DNA of 64,000 bases, taken from positions 178,994,001 through 179,058,000 of the forward strand of contig OX597816.1 of assembly GCA_951406725.2 (NCBI GenBank), written 5' to 3'. This stretch comes from Octopus vulgaris. Its lineage: Eukaryota. Below the pieces are notes generated by a model that saw nothing but the letters and a program-made list of their open reading frames with translations, did not search any database and had not been told where the DNA came from. This document shows, piece by piece, positions 1 through 10,923 of this stretch (position 1 is the first letter of the stretch; every line of letters begins with the position of its first letter). The position numbers and the translations under genes are program-made.

Positions 1-135
1 GGATCATGCCATCTACTGACTTCACTAGTACTATGCAACAATTTCCATTGACCGTTTTCCAATGCTCCATAAATGTTATGCCTGAACTGAATTTACTTAG
101 CTTTTCTGATCCATTATTCATCTTGCGTGGTTGAA

Positions 136-345
136 CCCTTTAGCATTTAAACTGGTCATATTGAGCCCAAATATTCGATTTGTTTTATGTTCAAACTAGC
201 TAGATCTGGCCTCTCACACCTACCCTACTGTGTAATTCTAAAAATAAACAATCAGATCATTAAATTCTTAAAGCTTTGAAATATTGTATGATTAATTCAA
301 AACAATGTGAATGAATAAACATTACATTTGACAGATGCTAAAGGG
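136..345. mobile_element. piggyBac-like MITE (~210 bp)
   Basis: Termini CCCTTTAGCAT...ATGCTAAAGGG, flanked by TGAA and TTAA; same family as 15332-15541. Confidence 0.75.
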
Positions 346-1645
346 TTAAAGACTGAATTGACCCCCATTCTGAAGATCTTACTCTTGATTTTTTTTTTAG
401 TGTGTGATGAGTTCCCTTAAAGTTTACAGTATGTAGACATTTGTCCTGGATTGTTGAGACTGCATGAGGCAGGGAAACAGTATATGAATACACACACATG
501 CTTACATGTAAACATACATTGACTTTTTGGAATGGTTACTGGGATGATGAACAACCAATAGGACTTGGAAAGCATGAGTTACAGGAGCAGAATTATCAGC
601 AAACTGTAGCTCAGTGCTCTGATCAGATCTGATCTTGGTGGACGCCTGTAAACTTCTTGGGTTGAAAGGTTCCTGATCAGTTGAAAGTTAACAGTAACAC
701 ACGCACACGCACATGTACACTACAGACCAACAATCACATACCTACACACTCACATACATGCTCATATGCACTCACATAGATACACATATACACACTTACA
801 TACACATACATACGCTCACACATCTATATTCATATGCTCACACTCACACGTCTACTCTTACACATCAACACTTACATAGACACACACACATACTCTGATA
901 TACATGCACTCACAATCATACACACATACATTCTCATACGTACATCTGGATGTTGAAAATTTATATTGATTTCATTGATTACAGTTGTTTCAAAAATATA
1001 TATTATCATTTCAGTTGTGTGATGTGCATCCTAAGAGGGTGGTTGGCTCATCTTTGTTGAATAAAGATGAGATTTGTTGAGTCAACTGATTTGGAATAGG
1101 ATGCAGCAGATGTTTATAGATTGTTTGCCGGATTTAGAGGAATTGTTGGCATGTGACAAAGGAAATGTCTGGCAACAGAGCTGCCTTTTGACTGGAAATA
1201 TTAAACCACTGTTCAGAAATGGAAACTAGATATATCTATCTGTAAACTAATTATTGTGGCTTCAGTTTGGATGGTGTGCATTTGTATGTGTGTGTGTGTG
1301 TATAGATGATTTACTTCAAAAACATGCTGTACTCTTTTTCTGTATGTGAGTACGACTGCTTGGTACATGCATACATATATGTGTGTTTGTATATATATAT
1401 ATTTTATAAGCCGAGTTTAACCCTAGGAGCAGTGAGAGCCATCAATGAGCATTAAAATGCGTGAGCATCAAAATGTGAAAGCATTGATGATCTGTTGCTG
1501 TAGGGAGCTTCCCTCCCTTCTCAGTCATTAAGATCCTGCTTCTGTGGCTATTGAGTAGTTTTTACTATTATTTCACTATAGTGACGGATATATTTCTGCT
1601 GTTAGGTTGTAAAATTACAAATTAGCCACCCATATATATATATAT

Positions 1646-2025
1646 TCTTTTATTCTTTTATTAGTTTCAGTCATTTGACTGTCGCCATGCTGGAGCACTG
1701 CCTTTTTAGTTGAACAAATAGACCCTAGGCCTTATTCTTTGTAAGTCTAGTACTTAATCTATTGGTCTCTTTTGCTGAACCGCTAAGTTACGGGAACATA
1801 AACACACCAACATTGGTTGTCAAGCGATGGTGGGGGGACAAACACAGTAACACAAACATACACACACACACACACACACATACGATGTTTCCGTCTACCA
1901 AATTCACTCGCAAGGCTTTGGTCAGCCTGAGGTTATAGAAGAAAACACTTGCTCAAGGTGCCACATGGTGAGACTGCACCCGAAACCATGGGGTTGGGAA
2001 GCAAGCTTCTTACCACACAGCCACT
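1646..2025 (-). mobile_element. tRNA-derived SINE family A (internal CA/TA microsatellite)
   Basis: Reverse complement of head GGCTGTGTGGTAAGAAGCTTGCTTCC.. and tail ..CAAATGACTGAAAC; many copies in window. Confidence 0.85.
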
Positions 2026-2258
2026 TCTGTGCTTAAACCTTCATACTAGACATACAAGTCTGTCAAATTTACTTATTTGTCCAAAGATGGGGAAATGGCA
2101 AACAGACATAATTGATTTTCAACCCTTATTGATATCTTATCATTTGACCAATCCTCAGAAAAACACGTACCTGTTTTGTTTATCTATACATCGAATTTTC
2201 AAATCTAGCTGCTTCAGAGAACAGTAGCTATTACTTTGCACTTATATATATATATATA

Positions 2259-2720
2259 TCATCATCATCGTTTAATGTCCGCTTTCCATGCTAGCATGGG
2301 TTGGGCGATTTGACTGAGGGCTGGCGAACCAGATGGCCACACCGGGCTTCAATCTTGATCTGGCAGAGTTTCTACAGCTGGATGCCCTTCCTAACGCCAA
2401 TCGCTCCGAGAGTGTAGTGGGTGCTTTTATTTGCCACTGGCACGGGGCCAGTCAGGCGGTACTGGCAATAACCTCGCTTGAATCTTTTACACATGCCACC
2501 GGCACAGAGGCCAGATAGCCGCTCTGGCAACGATCACGCTTGGATGGTGCTCTTAATACCCTACTAGCACGGGGTATGAGTGCCAGTAAGGCGACACTGG
2601 TAACGATCACACTTGAATGGTGCCTTTAAGTGTCACTGGCATGGATGCCGGTTAGCTGCTCTGTCAATGATCCCACTTATATGGTGCTCTTTGCATCCTG
2701 CTAGCACAGACGACAGTCAG
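2259..2720 (-). mobile_element. RTE-tail-derived element with ~62-bp internal subrepeats and (ATC)n tail
   Basis: catcatcgtttaa..catgctagcatgggttgg..ctggatgcccttcctaacgcc is identical to the RTE 3' end at 10128-10400. Similar copies at 7840-8085, 11345-12017, 26226-26477(+), 44980-45275(+). Confidence 0.8.
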
Positions 2721-2850
2721 CAAATGTGATAGATAGAATAAGTACTAGGTTTTAAAAAAGTCCTGGGTTTGACTTGTTCGACTAAAGTCCTTTAAGGTGG
2801 TGCTGTGTCATGGCCGCAGTCAACTGACTGAAACAAGTAAAAGAATAAAA

Positions 2851-2904
<54 letters not shown>

Positions 2905-3421
2905 TATCTACTTTACACAGTATACAATTACAAGCTTTTAATAGTTTCATGCTTTGGAGATTTTGTCTAGACATGTTTTAATAACATGCCTTGTATCTTT
3001 AAGCTGCCACTAGGCTCTGAATACATGAACTATACAATATACAAACTAGGGCCCTAGATGAAGATCACTTATGAGAGAAAATGAGAAGGTGGATGGACTC
3101 AGGGCTTGAAGACACATGACATGTTATTAAGATTTGTCTAGACCACATCTCTGATGCATAAAACTACTTGTATACGGTGTACATTAAATATCACTCACGC
3201 ACAAATACACACACACACTATTTCATCATGTTGAACCATTAATCCCTATACGTTTTTTTCTCTGTTTTTTTTTTCATTCTTCCTCGCCTTTGAAGTGATA
3301 CAGCTGTCTTCATCTTTTGTTTTCAGTAAATTTGAACTATGTATATATATACATACACACACACACAATCACATGTACATGTACATATGTATAAGTATAT
3401 ATATATATATATATATATATA

Positions 3422-3449
3422 TCTTTATATATATAAAACTGAGAGTGTG

Positions 3450-3480
<31 letters not shown>

Positions 3481-4608
3481 GTGTTTCCCTAAAACTTGAG
3501 AACTACGCAACCAATTTCATTCAAATTTTACACATGCCTTACTTAGGGTCCGGGGAGTGTCATCGGCAAAAAAATTTTAAAACTTTTTGCCTAGGGCAAG
3601 CCCACAGCAATATCATATCTTCTCCACTATGATTCCCTAAAACTTGAGAACTACACGACCAATTCCATTCAAATTTTACACATGCCTTACTGAGGTTCCA
3701 TGTAGTTTCATGGGCAAAAATATGTTCAACTTCTTGCCTAGAGCGAGCCCATAGCAATATCATATCTTCACTATTTCAGTATTACGTGTTAAAAGTGAAA
3801 CAAAAACATTTCTCTATTTTATGTCAGATACTTTCATTTTAACAATAAAAATAATAATAACAATATGTAGTAAGTAATAATTAAAATCAAACTAAAGTAT
3901 AATATAATCGTAACATAACAAAAGTAAAAATAGCAATTGGTATAAGATTGCATCAATGATTTGAACTTGAATAAGTGGTTTCACATGAATGGGAATAAAT
4001 TAAAAATAAAATTAGCGTGCAGAGATGGAATAGTCCAGATGGATAATAAAAAATTAAATTAAAGAAAAGACTATTGTCTATAAAGTATACAATGTAGAGA
4101 AAAAAGAAGATTTGAACACATGGAGGAAAGCATCTTCGAAAAGTGTCTTGGTGCGACTATGAAAGATATCTAATCAGAGGCGGTAAATTCACCACAATAG
4201 AAGCAAGGTTCGAGTCAACGGAGCATGCAAGGGAGTACTTGACTCCAACTTGCAAAGTGGAAATATTTTATTTCTACCTTTATATCTGGGACGTAGGACG
4301 TCCCGGAAAAAAATTTAAAATGCCCCCCCCCTCCAAAGTAGAGGTAGGCTGGATTGTAGCCACACTTCTATACAAGAGGGAGGACTAGGCACAATTGATC
4401 GAAATTACTAGAGACGGGCTAACAATTCCAGTCTGTTATATATTTTGAGTATTGTTATCACTAGCGATATCAAGATATAACTTTGTATTTTGTGTTTTAT
4501 GTGTAGATGTATATATATATAGATGTACATGTAATATGTACACATATATATACACATATATACATGCACTAGCACTATGACCCGGCAACGACGGGTCTTT
4601 ACTGCTAG
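3422..4608 (+). mobile_element. Non-autonomous Helitron
   Basis: A|TC 5' end with TATATAAAA and (CTGT)n; 3' hairpin GACCCG..CGGGTC then CTAG|T; internal ~148-bp tandem duplication (3485-3772). Confidence 0.75.
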
Positions 4609-5484
4609 TAAATATATATATACATTACATACATGTATGTGTATACATATATATATACATGCATACACACACACACAAATAAATGTCCAATGAAGACTAG
4701 CAGGCCAGAACTTCAAAGTCACCCCTTTTGTAATGATAATCAATGAAACTGTCAAAGGGTCCATTTACCGTTTATGTATATATGTGATCAGTTTTTTTCT
4801 TTTTATTTCTAGTCCTCTGTTTTAAAATTGGTTTCACTAATGTTTACACTTTGCAGAAAGGTAGCTATGGATACAATTGAATCATGGTATACATATTGTA
4901 TAGCTACTTCCCACTTAATAATCCTTTCTACACTTGTAGTATTGTAGCCTATTCCCCTTTTCCTTTTTCTTGTTCATTCCTGTTTTGCAAGTTTCTTGGC
5001 AACCTCTCTAGTGCTGGTGTAATGAAAAAAAAACAAAACACCTAGTGCTCATACTGTAGAGTGTTTTAGCATTAGAAAAGGGATCTAACTGTACAAATCA
5101 TACCAAAACTGACATGGAGCTAAATGCAACCCTCTGGCTCATTGGATCCTGTCAAACCATCCAGCCCATGTCAGCATGGAAAACAAATGTTAGTACACAC
5201 ACACACACACACACACATTTATGTATTTGTTTTGCAAGGTTCTTGATGTGAAATCATGTGTTGAAACATTGTTATTCTTGGGGATGGTCATATTTTGCCA
5301 ATTAAACACTGTATGTTTGATCTTTACTTCAGCTTTATTATTATTTTTGTTTCTTTGTCTAAGCTCTTGTCACACATCCTGTGTTCTCTTCAGCGACTTT
5401 TTATCTCACATGTCTCCCCCTATTTTGCTCAGTCCATTATGGGCAAAAATAATGATAATAAAGCGGAAGTAAAGACCAAGCATA

Positions 5485-5740
5485 TACAAGGGGATGCTGA
5501 AAAGGTCCTGGCTTTGGGTAAAAGAAAATACAAGAGAATGAGTTATGATTTTATTCAACATATTCCCCCTCTCAGATTCACACACTTGTTGCAGCAGTCC
5601 TCGTCTTTTGTAAGCCCTGAAGAAGAACTCAGAAAGTTGGTCCTCCAACCAGGCCTTTCTATTATAGCTCTGGGAAAACTAAAACCAGGCCCTTCATGAT
5701 ACCCTTAAAACCAGGAACTTTTTGGCACTTTTTGCTTGTG
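5485..5740. mobile_element. mariner-like MITE family
   Basis: TIR ..TGCTGAAAAG(T)TCCTGGCTTT / AAA(G)CCAGGAACTTTT(CA)GCAC; copies near 27545-27760, 46412-46576, 53940-54150, 60236-60470. Confidence 0.75.
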
Positions 5741-5778
5741 TTTAATTAGCAAAATATGACCATCCCCAAGTATAACAA

Positions 5779-6653
5779 TCTATATCTATAAAGCTGAAAT
5801 GCGAAAAAGTGAATTATTATCGCCCACCACCACCGCACAATCATAACAGATATTATTAATCAGATATATTGTGTTAATTTATATATATATGTGTGTATAT
5901 AAATATATATATATAATGTGTATATATATATATATGTGTCTATATATAATCATCAATATCTATAAATCTGAAATGTGAAAAAGTTGTTTGATTTCTTGGC
6001 TATTTGTCTCATTTTGGTATGGGAATGGTTTAAGGGGCAGTAGATGGGGTTGAATTGGTGCCAAAATTTACACGGGGGGGGGGGGGGGGTAAAATGGGGT
6101 GGGCAATGGTGTGAGGAGGGTTGCAAGTTGCTCGGGGCTACTGTCTGGTTGCCATGGTGAGGAATATGGGAAAAATAGACTTTTATGGGATAGACAGGTT
6201 GCACTGTTTGAATAATGGTGGCTTTTCGTGTTGCTGCAGGGGCTAGAGGCGGTTATCTTTAATTGTGGGAGTAAAAATTTGGGTGATTTTGGAAAAGGGG
6301 TTAAAATTTTTCAACTTTTAAAATGAGTACATTTTTGCCCTATTTTTAGATTTAATTTTTTTCTGTTTGCATTATTTGGTTGACATGGGTAAAAATGGCG
6401 TTGTGTTAAAGGCCAAAATTTTAGCTTTCATTTGCATTATGAAACGTCAAAATATGCCAAAAAAGTATCAAATTTCACAAAATTTTTCAGTAATTTTGAA
6501 TTATTTTTGTGATATGTGCATGCGTAAAAGAAAGTGAAAGAGAAAGGAGAGAGAAACAAAGAGGGAGAATGTGGCGATAAGAAACAAAAAGGAAGCAACA
6601 GAAAGTAACAACCACATCCTCACCTTCGTGTAGAGCGGATCACCTTAAGCTAG
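5779..6653 (+). mobile_element. Non-autonomous Helitron-like element
   Basis: A|TCTATATCTATAAAG 5' end; CTAG|T 3' end preceded by an imperfect GC hairpin. Confidence 0.55.
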
Positions 6654-7224
6654 TATATATGTATATTCTAAATGATAGAGTGTACTGGAAACTTTATTTA
6701 TCACAACAATCGTTTCGACATAATTCTGCACTGCTCCCTTGTGGGTGAGGAATGATATACTGAAATCAAATGCATCCTGTAAGTGGTGAACATGCTCTGC
6801 CGGCACACTACTAGGAACATGCTCAAAATAAGGTTTGGATGCTAAATTTTAAACTTTCATATCTAAACTTTAATTTTAATTATAACTTATATATAGTTAT
6901 GGTTCTCTACACAATGATCACTTTTACTGTAAATAGCTCAAATGAATAAATTCCCAGCTGAATAGTGGAAGTCAGAAATGGAAGAATGTGTGATGTCAAG
7001 TGTTAGATATTTCCTGTATTTACAACTTATTGACATACCTCAGTATTCCACTTCCACTACATTTTCCTACACTGACACCAACTGAACTCTACAAACTCTA
7101 ATAAATGTATTTGATTATCTTGGTAAAACTAACATTATATATCCCCTTTCAGCAATAAACATACTCAGATTTAACAGCAATTTCGTTTAAATAAATGTAA
7201 AATGTTGGAGTTACTGACATAGGC

Positions 7225-7645
7225 ACTTGTGTAGCTGTATGTTATGAAGTTTGCTTCTCAGCCACAGGATCCCAAGTTCAATCCCATTGCGTTGCACCTT
7301 GGACAAGGGTTTTCTACAATAGCTCTGGGAAGGCCAAAACCTTGTGAGTTCATTTGGTAGATGGTAATTGTGCTGTATATATGCTTGTGTGAGTATATAT
7401 GTTTATATATCTATATATATAAAATGTGTATGTGTATTTTTGTTTTTATTTGTTGTCCACCATTGCTTGACAACCGGCATTGGTTTAATGTCTGTAACTT
7501 AGCAGTTTGGCCAAAAGAGACTGATAGAATAAGTACCAGCCTTAAAAATATATAAATGTTGAGGTTGAATTGTTTTTGACTAAGCCCTTCAGGGCACTGC
7601 CCCAGCATGGCTGCAGTCCAGTGTTTAAAACAAGGAACAGATAAA
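7225..7645 (+). mobile_element. tRNA-SINE family A (older, diverged copy)
   Basis: Head, microsatellite and tail colinear with 47606-48012. Confidence 0.75.
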
Positions 7646-8385
7646 TGCTAGAATGTTATAAACAACTCTGGTGTTCTCATTGCAAAATTAATTTTCACTT
7701 GCATCAATATATGTTGTGTCCTGCAACAATGTGTCTATGCACATGTTTGTAGGCACATCATGCATATCATCTTGTATATGCATATTGTATTATGTTTATA
7801 CACGTAGACTTTTACCTGAACACATAGCATAACAGCTGTCATCATCATCATCATCATCATCGTTTAACGTTCGTTTTCCGCGCTAGCACGGGTTGGACGG
7901 TTTCGACCGGGGTCTGGGGAGCTAGGGACTGCCCCAGGCTCCAGTCTGGTCTGGCAGTGTTTCTACAGCTGGATGCCCTTCCTAACGCCAACCACTCTGC
8001 GAGTGTAGTGGGTGCTTTTTACGTGCCACCTGCACAGGTGCCAGAGGGGTCTGGCATCGGCCACGTTCGGATGGTGCTTTTTATGTGGGGGGGTGGTGCA
8101 GGAATATAGGGGAGCACCAGTGGGGAGGGGTGGTTCAGAGAAATGATGACAGGTTGTAGGCAAGTAGAAGGTAGGATATCAAGAGAGGGGTAATGCATGG
8201 TAAAATAGCGTATTGAAGAGGGGGGGTTCGAAGAGAAGACACCTATAATGGTGGTGGGAGAAGCGACATCCGGTATAGATGGAGAAAAATAGAGATATCC
8301 GGTATTGGTGGTGGGGGTGGGCAGGGCGGGTGCACCGCGATACACGAAGGTCGATCATACGAAGGTCGATCATATAACGAGAGGA

Positions 8386-8800
8386 CGAAGGTCGATCATA
8401 TAACGAGAGGAAAAATGAACAAATCAGACAAAATAGATAGAAATCAGATAAAATAGTTAGATAGATAGAAAAACATGTATGATCAGTCTAGGAGTGAAAA
8501 TAGGCATTCAAACTTATCTGTGCACGGGATTATATAGCTGGTAGATGAATGAGAGAGAGAGAGAGAGCACATGTTGTGGGTTGCCTTCTAAGTAAAAAGT
8601 TGTCCGGAAGAGGGATTTTTGGAGAAGGCGGAAGTGTATTAAAGGAAACAGGTTTCAAGATGGCGAATCGAAGGTCGATCATATAACGAGAGGAGAAATG
8701 AACAAATCAGACAAAATAGATAGAAATCAGATAAAATAGTTAGATAGATAGAGAAACATGTATGATCAGTCTAGGAGTGAAAATAGGCATTCAAACTTAT
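8386..8800. repeat. 132-bp near-identical direct repeat (8386-8517 and 8669-8800)
   Basis: Copies differ at only about two positions; extra partial CGAAGGTCGATCATA units at 8345 and 8360. Confidence 0.9.
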
Positions 8801-9585
8801 GAATGTTCTCCAATCTATGAAGTCATTGCTTTACTTTTTAGCCTTAGATTGAACCTGAAGCAGTGGATCTATGATCTGAGGAATTTCTTGCCATTATGAT
8901 CTTGTCTTTTTATGGATGTGCAGTGCTACATTATCGAATGATAAAGAGTGATTTGAGAGGAAATAGGTTACTGTTTCTAATGGGCCAAAAAACCATGCAG
9001 AGCAACATGGGGCATGAGATCCAACATTTTTTCTTGAAAATCTTTTTTTCTCACAGCAAATATACAACACCTACACTCAGCCCAGCCAAGTCAATTCTCC
9101 TTCAGCCAAGCATACTGTGTGAAAACTGTTCTGAAGCCCTAGTGTGGATATTTCTTTAAGGAGAGTATATAATCATGAGAAGTCAATTATTAATCTCTTT
9201 ATGTATGCCACTGGTGGAGTATACATTTTTCTGGAAAGTCATAGTGGGGCCTGGGGGAAAATAGGTTGGGAAACACTGTTACAGAGTGGCTTAATTAATA
9301 CTAATTGGCTTAATTCTGTGAAGTTATCATTCTTGTTAACATAAATATTTCTTACTCCCTCCCAGCATTCTATCTAATCCATATTTTCTTGTTAGTGTAC
9401 CTCTATTGCTGAAGTCTACCTGTCACAGCTTGTCATCTGCTTGTTGACACACTCTGCTGCTGGGCTAGAGAAAAGTGTGTCCTGTTATAGTTTGTGCTTT
9501 ATCAAAGTCAGTTGTCAAACATGTTTGATGTAGAAAGCTTTCAGAATAAATTATGTTACCAAGTTGTTCTTTTTCTCTATTGTAG

Positions 9586-9674
9586 AACTCTTAATAGTAA
9601 CAATTGCTACCAAGGAGACTGATGGCTTTAGAAGATTTATTAAGTCATGTAACAAGTACAAGTTGAAAGTGTCG
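9586..9674 (+). CDS. PLOD: PLOD coding exon (89 nt): [29 protein letters not shown]
   Basis: tgtag| acceptor and |gtaagt donor; resembles PLOD N-terminal LLVxTVATxETxGF motif; begins in phase 1. Confidence 0.93.
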
Positions 9675-10887
9675 GTAAGTAAGATTAACAATATAATACA
9701 TTCACTCATACTACATACAGATTAAATAAAATGCTATGATTATTAAATATTAAAAACGAACAAAGTTACACAAATACAATAATAAATATAATAAAAATAT
9801 TTTTATTGTATTTATTATTGTGTTTATATTTGTGTAACTTTGTCTGTTTTTTTCCGTCCTTGTTTTTGTATACATTCACTGCTTTCTTCCAAGGAATCTA
9901 ATGCTCTTAGCTTAGTTTTTCCTTGGGGCTGGTCAGATTGGAGCAATCTCAAGAATGATCAGCCGAAATTGCGAGGATAATCTGGTGTTTGACTGAGGAA
10001 AGAAAACTTCGAATGACCCATCCTTGTTTTCTTTGTATCGCCTATCTGGATGTTTTGTTGTCCCTTTTTGTATCACCTAGCTATTCGGATGTTTTGCATT
10101 CTTGTCCATTTTGTATTTTTATATATCATCATCATTATCATTTAGCGTCCGCTTTCCATGCTAGCATGGGTTGGACGGTTCAACTGGGGTTTAGGAAGCC
10201 AGAAGGCTGCACCAGGCCCAGTCTGATCTGGCAATGTTTCTACGGCTGGATGCCCTTCCTAACGCCAACCACTCCGTGAGTGTAGTGGGTGCTTTTTACG
10301 TGCCACTGGCACAGGTGCCAGACGGGGCTGGCAAACGGCCACGGTCGGATGGTGCTTTTTACGTGCCACCAGTACTGGTATCACAGCTACAATTTCCATT
10401 GATGTTGATCGATTTTGATTTTGATTCTGATTCTCACTTGCCCCAACAGGTCTTCACAAGTAGAGTTTTGTGTCCCAAGAAGGAAAGGTATGCATAGGTG
10501 GACTGGCTACATCCCAGGTAGAGGCCATATGTTATGGTCTCACTTGTCCTGCCAGGTCTTCTCACCCACAGCATACTTCCATAGGTCTCGGTCTCTAGTC
10601 ATTTCCTCGGTGAGACCTAAAGTTCGAAGGTCGTGCTTCACCACCTCGTCCCAGGTTTTCCTGGGTCTACCTCTTCCACAGGTTCCCTCAACTGCTAGGG
10701 TGTGGCACTTTTTCACACAACTATCTTCATCCATTCTCGTCACATGACCATACCAGCGCAAACATCTCTCTTGCACACCACAACTGATGCTTCTTAGGTC
10801 CAACATTTCTCTCAAGGTACTTACACTCTGTTGAGTATGAACACTGACATTACACATCCATCGGAGCATACTGGCTTCATTTTGAGC

Positions 10888-10923
<36 letters not shown>

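Noticed and set aside
713-898. His/Thr-rich ORF, and similar YIYI, CVCV, poly-I, poly-N and SLSL ORFs
   Set aside because: Translations of CA, TA, ATT and CT microsatellites.
1421-1505. Imperfect hairpin (ccctaggagcag..catcaatg / cattgatg..ctgtaggg) as pre-miRNA
   Set aside because: Too many mismatches and a large loop; cannot be supported without small-RNA data.
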